Positions 46,196 to 56,167 of a stretch of DNA of 64,000 bases are shown here, in pieces. Source of the DNA: a virus; the IMG/VR virus record IMGVR_UViG_3300042861_001913; one strand, 5' to 3'. The position numbers and the translations under genes are program-made. Each line of letters begins with the position of its first letter. Within the stretch, counting starts at the first letter, position 1. Under the pieces are notes generated by a model. It saw nothing but the letters and a program-made list of their open reading frames with translations. It was not told the origin of the DNA and made no database searches.

Positions 46196-46268
46196 ACAAT
46201 CTTAACTTTCATATTCAACATCATATAACAATCGTATTATCTCTTGTATCTTATTCCACTTAACATCA

Positions 46269-46682
46269 TTACTTAACATATTTAACCTGCTTAATAATGT
46301 AAATAACTACACATAGAATCATTATGGCGGGAATAATATGGATGGCGCGATCTACACACAACTTATTATGTATGTTGACATACTGCCAAGATAGACTAAC
46401 AAATAAACTTGGTATGCCTATATCTATTAGTATCTCAACTATGTGAAGTAGTGATCTGTATAAGCTTGACTTCCGCGAGTTATCGTATTCACGTTGAATC
46501 TCTAACCAGTAATGTTCATCATGTCCTAATAGTATAGCTAGATGTTTAGCTAGATATTCATTAATTGGTTTAACACCTTCAATAGTAAGTAATATGTCTG
46601 ATTCACTATATCCAGTTGATTTAGCTATCTGAGATATAGTTACATTACTATTTATTATTGTTGTTCCAAGTTTATCGTTCAT
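46269..46682 (-). CDS. XRE-like HTH protein with C-terminal TM segments
   Basis: TISQIAKSTGYSESDILLTIEG helix-turn-helix pattern, and hydrophobic IIPAIMILCVVIYII at the C-terminus. Confidence 0.45.
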   Translation of the reverse strand: MNDKLGTTIINSNVTISQIAKSTGYSESDILLTIEGVKPINEYLAKHLAILLGHDEHYWLEIQREYDNSRKSSLYRSLLHIVEILIDIGIPSLFVSLSWQYVNIHNKLCVDRAIHIIPAIMILCVVIYIIKQVKYVK

Positions 46683-46694
46683 TTATTCCTCTAT

Positions 46695-47065
46695 TTAATA
46701 CTTATTTAATAACTGTAAACCTGTACTATCTGCAACTATGTAATTATCTCCTGGTAGCGATAATTCCCAATATGGTAATTCAGTTTCAGTATCAAGAGAA
46801 AACACATCAATTGATTTATTTGTAAATTTAAAGTAAAACTCACAACTACTTCTTTTATAATTAAATCACCATTAATTACTAAATTACTCATCTTAATAAC
46901 TAATTCATATTCACCTCTCATTAAATCACTTAACTTAGGATGAGTATAATTAGTTAAGTTACCGAAATGTAATACAACTACATCACCATAACTATCACTA
47001 ACTTGAGTTAGAGGTTGTCCAATTAACTCAGATGTTAATTCATTAAACTTATCTATTGTAATCAT
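46695..47065 (-). CDS. hypothetical protein with apparent -1 frame break near 46853-46865
   Basis: The tail of listed frame 46736..47065 looks unnatural (LMCFLLILKLNYHIGNYRYQ). The -1 frame reads EFYFKFTNKSIDVFSLDTETELPYWELSLPGDNYIVADSTGLQLLNKY and stops at 46695, 12 nt before the next gene. Confidence 0.4.
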
Positions 47066-47367
47066 GTCAGTCTAAACTCCAGTTGTCTTATCTCATGTTT
47101 AATTGCAGCAATATCTAAATCAATTTGTTTTATAGATTGTTCATTATTTAGTAGTTTAAGTTTAATTGACTTTAGTTTATTCAATTGAAATTTAAGTTTT
47201 TTCAAACCATATTTAATTTCCCAGTCATCACAATACTTTCCCACGTAAGAAACAAATTGATTAGGATAATGCTTTTTACAATCTTTATAAGCTTGATATT
47301 TGCTGTATTTAGCAGGAGAATATTTAACTTCAGATTTATCGTCTATTGCAAATACATATTGAATCAT
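47062..47367 (-). CDS. hypothetical protein (start trimmed to MIQYVFAIDD)
   Basis: The listed N-terminal extension runs through a terminator hairpin. The ATG at 47367 follows it. Confidence 0.5.
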   Translation of the reverse strand: MIQYVFAIDDKSEVKYSPAKYSKYQAYKDCKKHYPNQFVSYVGKYCDDWEIKYGLKKLKFQLNKLKSIKLKLLNNEQSIKQIDLDIAAIKHEIRQLEFRLT

Positions 47368-47375
47368 ATTATTAA

Positions 47376-47392
47376 GCGGGCTATTAACCCGC
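47376..47392 (-). terminator. hairpin after the AAA+ gene
   Basis: Minus strand reads GCGGG-ttaatag-CCCGC followed by TTAATAATATG. Confidence 0.4.
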
Positions 47393-47398
47393 ACTACT

Positions 47399-48544
47399 CT
47401 AAGCTTCTTTAACGAATGGATAATTAAAATCAATACGACCTTCTCTCATAGCTGCAATATCCCATCGTTCAGTTGTATTGCAAGTGAAGATTGTAATGAT
47501 TTGAGGTAAACGAGTTTGTTCAAATGGTGTAATAGCTGTATAGACATTACCATCTAACCAAGATAACATCTTCTCAGTTGCGCCATCATTATTAGATGTC
47601 CGACTTGGAGCTATGTTATCTGCATCATTAACAACTATGGCTATTTTAGATAGGTATGCTGGAGGTGTAAAACTTCTCATACTAGCACTATCCATGTTGA
47701 TGATGATGTAACCTAGTTTAGATAACACTTCCTTACAATAGGAGTTACTCCAACTAGTTTTACCAACACCGGGTTCTCCAGTTAATATTACATTGAGTTT
47801 ATTAATCTCACCTAACTCAAGTTGTTCAACTTTATCATTAATAACATTAGTTAATTCAGCATTATTAACGAAACTACTTAATTCATAGTTAGCATTAGGA
47901 TAACCAATTTGATAATTATCACTTGTTATATAAGCTGCTAAATTAGATGCAGCTTTATCAATGTAACTATGTAATGTAGTTTCATCAGCAAAACTAACTC
48001 TAATACGCGGATTGTCCCCATATTGAGTATGGATAATACACGTTGCGTTATCCCATTTAACTTCGATAGTTCCAACTAAAGTTAACTTAGCAACATCTAC
48101 ATTAACATCATGTGATAGAAATACTCTACGACTATCATCCCATACGTATTGAATAATACTATTAGGTAGACCAAGTAAATTAACTATTCGATAGATAATA
48201 CTTAATTGAAGTAGGTCTAATATGTGAGGTTTATTATTGCTATTATTAACCTTCCCAGTATTACGAGTTGTATCATCTACACTAATGTAGTAGAACCCAC
48301 CTTCATCTTCGATATTACACTTACTAGTTTCAACGATGAACGTATCCCAACTATCAGATACAGTTTCGCTAAATAGAGCAATAATATTAGCTATAGGATG
48401 TCTAGTTACATTGAACAATTCATTACTAACTGTAGATATAAACTTACCTGCATTCCAGAGATTAATGCGCGATATATCAATCTCAGGAGTGAATATTTCC
48501 CAACCTTCAGCTACTAGTTGAGCAATTTCTGTTTGTTTAGACAT
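47399..48544 (-). CDS. classical AAA+ ATPase with N-terminal unknown domain
   Basis: LTGEPGVGKTSW Walker A, IVVNDADN Walker B and REGRIDFNYPF (arginine finger/sensor 2). Confidence 0.7.
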   Translation of the reverse strand: MSKQTEIAQLVAEGWEIFTPEIDISRINLWNAGKFISTVSNELFNVTRHPIANIIALFSETVSDSWDTFIVETSKCNIEDEGGFYYISVDDTTRNTGKVNNSNNKPHILDLLQLSIIYRIVNLLGLPNSIIQYVWDDSRRVFLSHDVNVDVAKLTLVGTIEVKWDNATCIIHTQYGDNPRIRVSFADETTLHSYIDKAASNLAAYITSDNYQIGYPNANYELSSFVNNAELTNVINDKVEQLELGEINKLNVILTGEPGVGKTSWSNSYCKEVLSKLGYIIINMDSASMRSFTPPAYLSKIAIVVNDADNIAPSRTSNNDGATEKMLSWLDGNVYTAITPFEQTRLPQIITIFTCNTTERWDIAAMREGRIDFNYPFVKEA

Positions 48545-48595
48545 TTTAATTCCTTTTTCTTACGTTGTTTAAATAGTGACTTGAATTTGCGTCGT

Positions 48596-48973
48596 CTACT
48601 CATTAATCAATGATTCAAGTTTCTGTTTAGCTTCAACAGTTTTCATTAACTCAGTGTTATAAATATCCATGATCTTACTTGCCCATTCACCTAGAGATCT
48701 TTTACGTATACCATAGTTCATGTGCATATACATAACCTGCTCAACTAATTTCATAGCTAATACTGGACTTTTAATTTGATCTGGAACATCGTTGAGAAAA
48801 TCAAAGAACTGATTATCTTTCATTAACTTATAATCTTTAACTGCCTCCTTACGTGGAAACCAATTATAGTTAGCCATAAATCGAAAGTTATGAATCATTG
48901 CATCAAGACGTTTAAACATATAACACCTATCTGACTTATATACGTCAATTTTACAATTAAGACAATTATACAT
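48596..48973 (-). CDS. hypothetical protein
   Basis: Co-oriented ORF; its stop abuts the vWA gene. Confidence 0.5.
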   Translation of the reverse strand: MYNCLNCKIDVYKSDRCYMFKRLDAMIHNFRFMANYNWFPRKEAVKDYKLMKDNQFFDFLNDVPDQIKSPVLAMKLVEQVMYMHMNYGIRKRSLGEWASKIMDIYNTELMKTVEAKQKLESLINE

Positions 48974-50272
48974 CTAGATTTTCTCTCTATATGTACCACC
49001 ACTCTGAAGACTAATGCGACGGAGATCCGCATTCTTACTATCTAATATGAAACTATGCAATTTAGCTCCTTTAAACATAGACAATGTTATGTTACCAGCA
49101 TAATCATCACCATCATTAACCACTACAAGATGTTTGTCCTTAGCACTTATTTGATTAGGATGTTCAGCAGCTATCTTATCTGCTTGAAGTAATGCCTCAA
49201 CTATACAATTACCAACTTCAGTACCTCCTTCATTAAAACCCTCATTTTTAATAACTGAATTGAAGAAACTACTTATATCAGCATAATCAAATGGGAGAAA
49301 GTAGAATTTATGACAATGTTCCTCAAAGAAAGAGAAGTTGAGCCAACATTCGCCAGCATAAGCACGTTTAACTAGGTTATATATAATCCCCATAGCTTTA
49401 TAGTTCTTATTGGCAGAACGCATAGATGCACTATTATCAACTATTAAGTTAACAAATGGAATCTTGGATTGTTTTTCATACCTTTCATTAACATGACATT
49501 CATTCTCAATGATCCGCGAATTAAGTACATTGCGAGGTAGTATTAACTCTCTCGGTGGTATCTTATGCAGTTCATCAAATCCAGTTATGGGACGACTACG
49601 AACTATATTTCCATTAACTTTACGTATTAATGTAGGAGTTGGTGCAGTAGAAAGCGCAGCTATCTTATTCATAACAGCACTAACACGTAGTATCTCAGTC
49701 CAGGATTTGTCCAATTTAGCAGCACGATTTACGTTATTTACATCATTATTACCAGTTATCTTCATGTCAACTGAATCCATTGACTTAGCTGCTTCTAATT
49801 TCTTCTTAATACTAACTGCTAATTGTTTAGCTCTTCCTCTACTCATGTCTTGATCTTTATCAAGAAACTTTATAGTATTAATAGCTTGTTCGAGGGGACT
49901 ATCTCCTGGAACATCTACACCCATTATTTCTTTAATAAACTCCTGAGTATCAGTTTGAACCTTTACGTCATGTTTATGCCATTCATCTTGAGCCTGACTT
50001 AGCTTGGTTACAGTTCCACCGCTAGGTAACTTATATTCACCATTAGACTCAGTATGTAGATTGCGATAATTAGTATTACTTCTGATATGTTTAAGAGTAG
50101 TTAATTGACCACCACTCCACATATTAGCTAGATCCGTCACTAATTCTTCATCATAATGCGCGACATTCATCTCACTTGTCATTTGACGTATTTCCCTTGG
50201 AAATACAGTGTAATAACTACTTGCTTCTGTTCTAATTGTCATAGTAATAGTGGGGATAATACGTCCCCACAT
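48974..50272 (-). CDS. vWA-domain protein (CobT-like), cassette 1
   Basis: MIDAS IVDNSASM. C-terminal LHSFILDS...SGGTYR is shared with 51466..52611. Confidence 0.6.
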   Translation of the reverse strand: MWGRIIPTITMTIRTEASSYYTVFPREIRQMTSEMNVAHYDEELVTDLANMWSGGQLTTLKHIRSNTNYRNLHTESNGEYKLPSGGTVTKLSQAQDEWHKHDVKVQTDTQEFIKEIMGVDVPGDSPLEQAINTIKFLDKDQDMSRGRAKQLAVSIKKKLEAAKSMDSVDMKITGNNDVNNVNRAAKLDKSWTEILRVSAVMNKIAALSTAPTPTLIRKVNGNIVRSRPITGFDELHKIPPRELILPRNVLNSRIIENECHVNERYEKQSKIPFVNLIVDNSASMRSANKNYKAMGIIYNLVKRAYAGECWLNFSFFEEHCHKFYFLPFDYADISSFFNSVIKNEGFNEGGTEVGNCIVEALLQADKIAAEHPNQISAKDKHLVVVNDGDDYAGNITLSMFKGAKLHSFILDSKNADLRRISLQSGGTYREKI

Positions 50273-50280
50273 AATGTTAA

Positions 50281-51456
50281 TTACTTAATTACTGTTGCAG
50301 ATGCTAATGCAGGAATTTCATTCATAGTTTTTCTAGCTTGATTACCTACCGTGTTAATAAGATCATTTCTCTCTTTAACTAAACTATCTGGAATATTACT
50401 AACGTTAATAATATGACCCTCCATAAGTTGAAGTGAATTAACTAGAGCAAATATAGATACAACATCTTTTTTCGCCTTATATTCATTAATCTTATCAACG
50501 GCTATATCAAAGTGAGTCTTAAATGTATCAAGACTAGATTTAGCATCATTGTAAATCTTCTGTTGTTGTATTTCTTCTTCTAAGTTAGATAGAAGTGATT
50601 GATCCCAACTTGGAAGATAATTGAGTACATTAAGTTGTTCAATAGTAGCAACTGATTTATTACTCAGTAACGCCTGAGACTTAATCATATTAATAGTCCA
50701 CATAAACATACGAGGACTAATAATACGACCTTCATTACCAGATTTCTCAGCTAGAGAACACAGAATACCTTGTAACTCTCTATCTAATTTAACTTCTTCA
50801 CGATAAATACGAGCTTCATCAATCTGAGCAATAGTTAACTTGCTATCATCATTCTTCTTATTACTAATAGCACGAATTAATCTAGAATAATCACTACTAT
50901 CATGACTATCCCATTCATGACGTACAATAATGAAACGTTGAAGAAACGCATCACATGAATTAACTTCAGATGGTGGTAATTCTTCTATACGAACATAAGG
51001 ATTAACGTTAGTTGCTCCAACTAACAACCTATTAATACTCTTAACTACTTCGCCATTAAGTGTTAATTGCTTATTAGTAATTATAGCTTTAAGTACGCTA
51101 AGTGCTTGAAAACTAGCATCTAACATCTCTTCATAAAAGAAGCTATGATTACGTAATATACTAGCTCCTACATTATAGTGAGCTAATGTAATGTCTTCCT
51201 TATCAGTCTTAGTAGTACGAGCTATTGCACCACCTTTAATTAAACTAGCTGTAGTCTCAGGATCACACTCTAACATTGCAGATGATCCATCAATGTTGTC
51301 AAATACAGCTTTAATCATCTCAGTTTTACCGTATCCTCCCTTACCATATAACATAAGAGGAATACCAGATACAACAGCTAATTCCATAGAGTTAGCAAAT
51401 GTAGCGGTGTTAATAAATCCAGCGTTAGATAAAACGTTGTTTAAATTGAATGTCAT
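50281..51456 (-). CDS. MoxR/CobS-like AAA ATPase, cassette 1
   Basis: LYGKGGYGKTEM Walker A, MLECDPETT...IKGGAIART and LLVGATNVNP. Paralogue of 52608..53765. Confidence 0.6.
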   Translation of the reverse strand: MTFNLNNVLSNAGFINTATFANSMELAVVSGIPLMLYGKGGYGKTEMIKAVFDNIDGSSAMLECDPETTASLIKGGAIARTTKTDKEDITLAHYNVGASILRNHSFFYEEMLDASFQALSVLKAIITNKQLTLNGEVVKSINRLLVGATNVNPYVRIEELPPSEVNSCDAFLQRFIIVRHEWDSHDSSDYSRLIRAISNKKNDDSKLTIAQIDEARIYREEVKLDRELQGILCSLAEKSGNEGRIISPRMFMWTINMIKSQALLSNKSVATIEQLNVLNYLPSWDQSLLSNLEEEIQQQKIYNDAKSSLDTFKTHFDIAVDKINEYKAKKDVVSIFALVNSLQLMEGHIINVSNIPDSLVKERNDLINTVGNQARKTMNEIPALASATVIK

Positions 51457-51465
51457 GTGATTCTC

Positions 51466-52611
51466 CTAGATATGATTACGATATGTACCACCACTAGCAA
51501 TAGATAACTTCTGTAAGTTATAATTACTGCTATCTAATATAAAACTATGTAACTTAAATCCATCTAAATCAGGTAGAGTTAAGTTACATTCATCTTGACC
51601 ATCATTAATTACAATTAGTTGTTTATTAGTTGATATTACACCTCTAGACTTACTAATAGCCTCTTTAATACACCTCTGAACATCAGTACCCCCTTTATCA
51701 AATGATGTATGATAGATAGCATTCCAGATACTAGTAACATCTGAATCCTTAGTTACGTGATACCAATCGAAACAAGTTCTCTCAAAGTAAGAAAAAAGTA
51801 GTTCACACTCACCCGATTGGACACGCTTAATTATGTTGAATATGATACCAAGAGCCTTATTCATCTTGTTATCATGTTGCATAGAACCACTAACATCACA
51901 TATTAGCGTTATAAATGAAAGTTTATCCTCCTTCCGATATCGTTCAATAATGTGAGATTCATTATTAATGATGCGATAACTGAGATAATTAACTGGATTA
52001 ATCAACTCAATTGGATTGATTAGATTAAGTTCATCAAATCCGCGTATAGGTCTAGTTTCGCAGTATTCACCAGTAGAATCGGCGATCATAGTATTACTAG
52101 TATCTATGATACCTAACTTATCAAGAGTGTCACTAGCACGTAATACCTCAGCTAATTTATAACTGATTTCACCAGATAGAAGTAACTTCTCATCGGCGGA
52201 TCTACGTCCCAGTGATTTAACAGTTTCCTTAATACTCTTAACCTTTTTTCTTACCTCATGATTATTATTGAATATTGGTAATGTTAATTCACTATTACTA
52301 TTATCATCACCAGTTTCACCATTAGCTAATAACTCAAGTATGTTAAATACTTGTTCTAATGGAGATCCCAATAAACTACTAGCTAATGATGGTACTTTCT
52401 CTAGGAAAGATTGAACATTGACTTCATAATCAATGTTATCTATACACTGTTGCTGCATATATTCAACTGAAGTTAATGTACCTCCAGTTAACATATTAAA
52501 CATATCAGTAACTAAAGTAGGACAATAGTTATAAATGTCGAATTTAGCAGCAACTACATCCATTTCATCAGTAGTTGGAGTAACTGCATCTAGATGTGCG
52601 ATAGTTCTCAT
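51466..52611 (-). CDS. vWA-domain protein (CobT-like), cassette 2
   Basis: MIDAS ICDVSGSM; paralogue of 48974..50272. Confidence 0.6.
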   Translation of the reverse strand: MRTIAHLDAVTPTTDEMDVVAAKFDIYNYCPTLVTDMFNMLTGGTLTSVEYMQQQCIDNIDYEVNVQSFLEKVPSLASSLLGSPLEQVFNILELLANGETGDDNSNSELTLPIFNNNHEVRKKVKSIKETVKSLGRRSADEKLLLSGEISYKLAEVLRASDTLDKLGIIDTSNTMIADSTGEYCETRPIRGFDELNLINPIELINPVNYLSYRIINNESHIIERYRKEDKLSFITLICDVSGSMQHDNKMNKALGIIFNIIKRVQSGECELLFSYFERTCFDWYHVTKDSDVTSIWNAIYHTSFDKGGTDVQRCIKEAISKSRGVISTNKQLIVINDGQDECNLTLPDLDGFKLHSFILDSSNYNLQKLSIASGGTYRNHI

Positions 52612-53765
52612 AGTTGAATTGCAACCATTAAGTTATCTCGTGCAATAGCAACTTCATTTAGAAGTGTGCGAAATTCTAACTTAACTTCATTGTATTTAAC
52701 TTCAGTATCATCATCATACGTAACTGTAGTTAAAAATTTATCATACAATTTACTGATTGATGTGTGACATACAGCATAGTTGTAATAGTTACTAACAGAG
52801 GTATTAAACATACGTCTAGCTGTAACTAATCTACTACTAAAGTTATCTAACTTTTCATTAGATACCTGTCTCAATTCAATCTCCTCAATTGCTTCATCAA
52901 CTTCATCCCAATCAACGCTCCAGTAACTTAGATAATCAATAACTCTGAAATCGCATCTCTCAACTACATTAGACCCACGCAATAATGCAGCACTTTTAAT
53001 TAATCGCACTGTCCATTGAAATGCTCTAGGACTAACAGTATTACCACTATTAGCACTATCTTCAGCTAACTTAGCTAATAGTCGCCATAAGTCAATATTA
53101 AATTCAATTAATTTAACATCATTACGCCATTTATCAATGTCAGTTAACTCAAATTGAACAACTGGTAATTCGTTAACTGATGGATATAATGCAACATAAT
53201 CGTTAGCATTATGAGATTTCCAACCATGTTCAACTATCATGAACCTCTGAAGAAATGCAGCACAACTATTACGTTGATTCTCACGTACTGTAGATGTTAC
53301 AGATGTGGGATTAATGTTAGTCGCACATACTAGAATCTTGCAGTTATTAATGATCTCATCACCATTAATATGTATTTTCTTACCTGTAATCACAGCCTTC
53401 AGGAAACTAAGTGCATTGAAACTCGCATCTAATACTTCTTCTAACATGAAGTAGTCATGCTGTAGTAGCGAATTAGCCACATTGTAATACGCTTCAGTTA
53501 AACTACCACCTTCTTGATTAATGGTTCTTGCAATTGCGCCACCTTTAATAGCAGCACTAGTTGTTTCAGGATCACATTCAAGCATTCCGAAACGTCCATT
53601 GAACAGAGATAATGCACTAATTAACATCTCTGATTTACCATATCCACCTTCACCATGATAGATGATTGGGATGTCAGCTAATACGCTCAACATAAATGTA
53701 TCGGCAAACTCATCTACATTAATAAATCCATCATTCTTGAGCTTATTGATTAAGTTATCTAACAT
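52608..53765 (-). CDS. MoxR/CobS-like AAA ATPase, cassette 2
   Basis: YHGEGGYGKSEM Walker A, MLECDPETT...IKGGAIART and ILVCATNINP. Confidence 0.6.
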   Translation of the reverse strand: MLDNLINKLKNDGFINVDEFADTFMLSVLADIPIIYHGEGGYGKSEMLISALSLFNGRFGMLECDPETTSAAIKGGAIARTINQEGGSLTEAYYNVANSLLQHDYFMLEEVLDASFNALSFLKAVITGKKIHINGDEIINNCKILVCATNINPTSVTSTVRENQRNSCAAFLQRFMIVEHGWKSHNANDYVALYPSVNELPVVQFELTDIDKWRNDVKLIEFNIDLWRLLAKLAEDSANSGNTVSPRAFQWTVRLIKSAALLRGSNVVERCDFRVIDYLSYWSVDWDEVDEAIEEIELRQVSNEKLDNFSSRLVTARRMFNTSVSNYYNYAVCHTSISKLYDKFLTTVTYDDDTEVKYNEVKLEFRTLLNEVAIARDNLMVAIQL

Positions 53766-53827
53766 GGAAACTCCTATTTATTTAATTCTTTGATGCGACG
53801 CATGAATACGGTGTAGTTGCTAAATCT

Positions 53828-54325
53828 TCAAGCCAATCTATAACCTTGATTATATATTGTCGCATATTTAATCACTCCCATATCAGAAAAGTTGTCTATG
53901 AAGCGTTGAATTATCGCAGTATCCTGACTTAGTAAGAAAAAAGAAGAGTAATGCGCCGGATTACGTCCTGGTTGGAGATAATTGGGGTTACTAACACCAT
54001 TAACCTCAGTTCTACCATCTATCCAATTAATACGGCTGCGACACTTAACATGAACATAGGTTTCAAGTTCAGGTACTTGCCAGCATACAGACTCACTGTA
54101 ACCAGCAAATATGATGTTAACACTCTTATCATTCTCATATGTATCAATTGCTTTAATTGCCGCACGACTAGCAGGAATGGGCGGATTACAATATACATTA
54201 CCAGTCCAATCTAATTCATAGCCGCCTGTACCATCAGGAGGAAATGGATCTAAAGTTGCACCTAATGTTGAATTAACTTTATCCCAAATATATGGTGGTG
54301 TATACCAACTACTACTATTAGACAT
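53828..54325 (-). CDS. phage Dam-family (PF05869-like) N6-adenine methyltransferase-like protein with NPPI in place of NPPY
   Basis: SSWYTPPYIWDKV...TLDPFPP...GNVYCNPPI; ~165 aa, as for small phage Dam proteins. Confidence 0.45.
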   Translation of the reverse strand: MSNSSSWYTPPYIWDKVNSTLGATLDPFPPDGTGGYELDWTGNVYCNPPIPASRAAIKAIDTYENDKSVNIIFAGYSESVCWQVPELETYVHVKCRSRINWIDGRTEVNGVSNPNYLQPGRNPAHYSSFFLLSQDTAIIQRFIDNFSDMGVIKYATIYNQGYRLA

Positions 54326-54761
54326 TAATCAAGTACCTCTTAGCTATATGGAACCAGTGTGGACACAAATCACTTAACTTACTCATCAAATACTCAGTTT
54401 GTCCAGGTAGGCATGGTTTAACATCGCGTTTATGAATGCGGCGTTTAACTGTAATTAGTTGTCTTTTTCTAGTTACATAACTGAAATATTTCTTACCTAT
54501 TGAGTTATAGCAAAATCCAAGAACATCGGGTTTAAGTTTAGTTACTGGTATACAAGCTCCCCATTTACCATCTTTAATTAAAATTAAATCACCTCTCTTA
54601 TTTACACCATCGGATTCTATTAGTATCAGATAATCAGGATTACTAATTGCATAATGGAACAACACTGACCAAGTGTAATTCGCAACTAATTTACAGTCAG
54701 TACGTTTACTCTCGTTAATTAATTTTATTAGCTGATTCATAAAGTTCATCAAACTCCTCAT
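54318..54761 (-). CDS. hypothetical protein
   Basis: Co-oriented ORF. Confidence 0.5.
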   Translation of the reverse strand: MRSLMNFMNQLIKLINESKRTDCKLVANYTWSVLFHYAISNPDYLILIESDGVNKRGDLILIKDGKWGACIPVTKLKPDVLGFCYNSIGKKYFSYVTRKRQLITVKRRIHKRDVKPCLPGQTEYLMSKLSDLCPHWFHIAKRYLINV

Positions 54762-55959
54762 TTATGCAATCTAATATATTTTTACTTAATCCTCGATAAT
54801 ACTCTATATCCCATGCTATATAGAAACCACTATGCGTGCTAGTTACACGTAAGATATTATGGTAATAACTTATGAGATAATGTCCATCGTAATGTAGACT
54901 ATAGCTAGTACCACAAAAATATAGTACCGCTTTAACATTATTCTCGTATCTAAATGTTATGTAGTTAGTGCGATAAAAATTATTTTTATCAAACTCACTA
55001 GATTTAGGAAATCCAAATAACTCAATTAACATATTAATGTAACGACGCGTATCACTATCTATCTTACCTCTCCATGGTTTATCTACTACTTCAGGTAAGA
55101 TAAATTCACAATTCTGAGGATTGAATTTAACGTCGGCTAGTGGGTATTGATATGTCTTAGAACTCTTTGATCTCATCTTGTAGGCTTTAGCTAGTAATGA
55201 TTCATTCATTACTAGCTGATAATAATAGGTACTAGTTGACGCTGTATCTTGATAACCGTTAGCCGCTGACGGAATAAATACTGGAATATTTGATCTATGA
55301 TTACAATGTTTGTATACTGGTGTAGATTGTTGCATAGTACCATGCCACCACTCATTTAAGTCATTAAAGTTACTTAATAATATCAGAGCATTACCGTATA
55401 TATTCTCTAACCATAAACCAAATATCTTAGTATGATCAGGATCACTGTACATTATACGTAATTTAGCTCTTGCGGTGAAACCTTTACCATCTACTGACAT
55501 AGATTCTCCAGCTACCCAGAAAAATAGAGTCTTACCTAGATGCTTCATATCTCCATCTATTTTATTCATGCTGGAATTAGCATTATGTTTGGCACGATCA
55601 TCTGTAGCTTGGCATGATGAATAGTAAATCGAATTACCTTGATTGCAACAGGTATCTTCATCACTTACTATACGTGTAGTAGAATTTGTTACTGTAGCTG
55701 ATAATAAATCACTTACATTCTTATTATCTAATCCAATTGATAATAAATACCTACTTAACTTCTTATTACCTATTCTCTTACTGCGCCATTCTTCAGGTGT
55801 TAATCCACGAGCTAATTCTGCTAATTCAGGCTTGTTAAAATTGATAGCGGCTAACGTGAGCATATCTTGGTATAGCATATTTAGTCCTCTAATAATTATT
55901 AATTCAGACTTAGAAAGTTGATAATTGAATATTAATGGGGGAGTATAGAACTCCCACAT
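54715..55959 (-). CDS. hypothetical protein
   Basis: 414-codon co-oriented ORF; no motif recognised. Confidence 0.6.
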   Translation of the reverse strand: MWEFYTPPLIFNYQLSKSELIIIRGLNMLYQDMLTLAAINFNKPELAELARGLTPEEWRSKRIGNKKLSRYLLSIGLDNKNVSDLLSATVTNSTTRIVSDEDTCCNQGNSIYYSSCQATDDRAKHNANSSMNKIDGDMKHLGKTLFFWVAGESMSVDGKGFTARAKLRIMYSDPDHTKIFGLWLENIYGNALILLSNFNDLNEWWHGTMQQSTPVYKHCNHRSNIPVFIPSAANGYQDTASTSTYYYQLVMNESLLAKAYKMRSKSSKTYQYPLADVKFNPQNCEFILPEVVDKPWRGKIDSDTRRYINMLIELFGFPKSSEFDKNNFYRTNYITFRYENNVKAVLYFCGTSYSLHYDGHYLISYYHNILRVTSTHSGFYIAWDIEYYRGLSKNILDCINEEFDELYESANKIN

Positions 55960-55965
55960 AACTAA

Positions 55966-56157
55966 CTATTTCTTGTTAGTGCTAAATAATCCAACCAGAT
56001 ATGAATTAGTTAGTACACATAACCATAAATCAACTTGAGTTGTGATACCAAATGTTAATAACCATTTAGTTATAATAACTTGAAGTAACCATCCTCCTAG
56101 TACAAAAACACTAACTGTTAATACTAACGCACCTACAGCTTGTAATGTTAATTTCAT
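55966..56157 (-). CDS. small multi-TM membrane protein
   Basis: Two to three hydrophobic segments (AVGALVLTVSVFVLGGWLLQVII...). Confidence 0.5.
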   Translation of the reverse strand: MKLTLQAVGALVLTVSVFVLGGWLLQVIITKWLLTFGITTQVDLWLCVLTNSYLVGLFSTNKK

Positions 56158-56167
56158 GAGATTCTCC

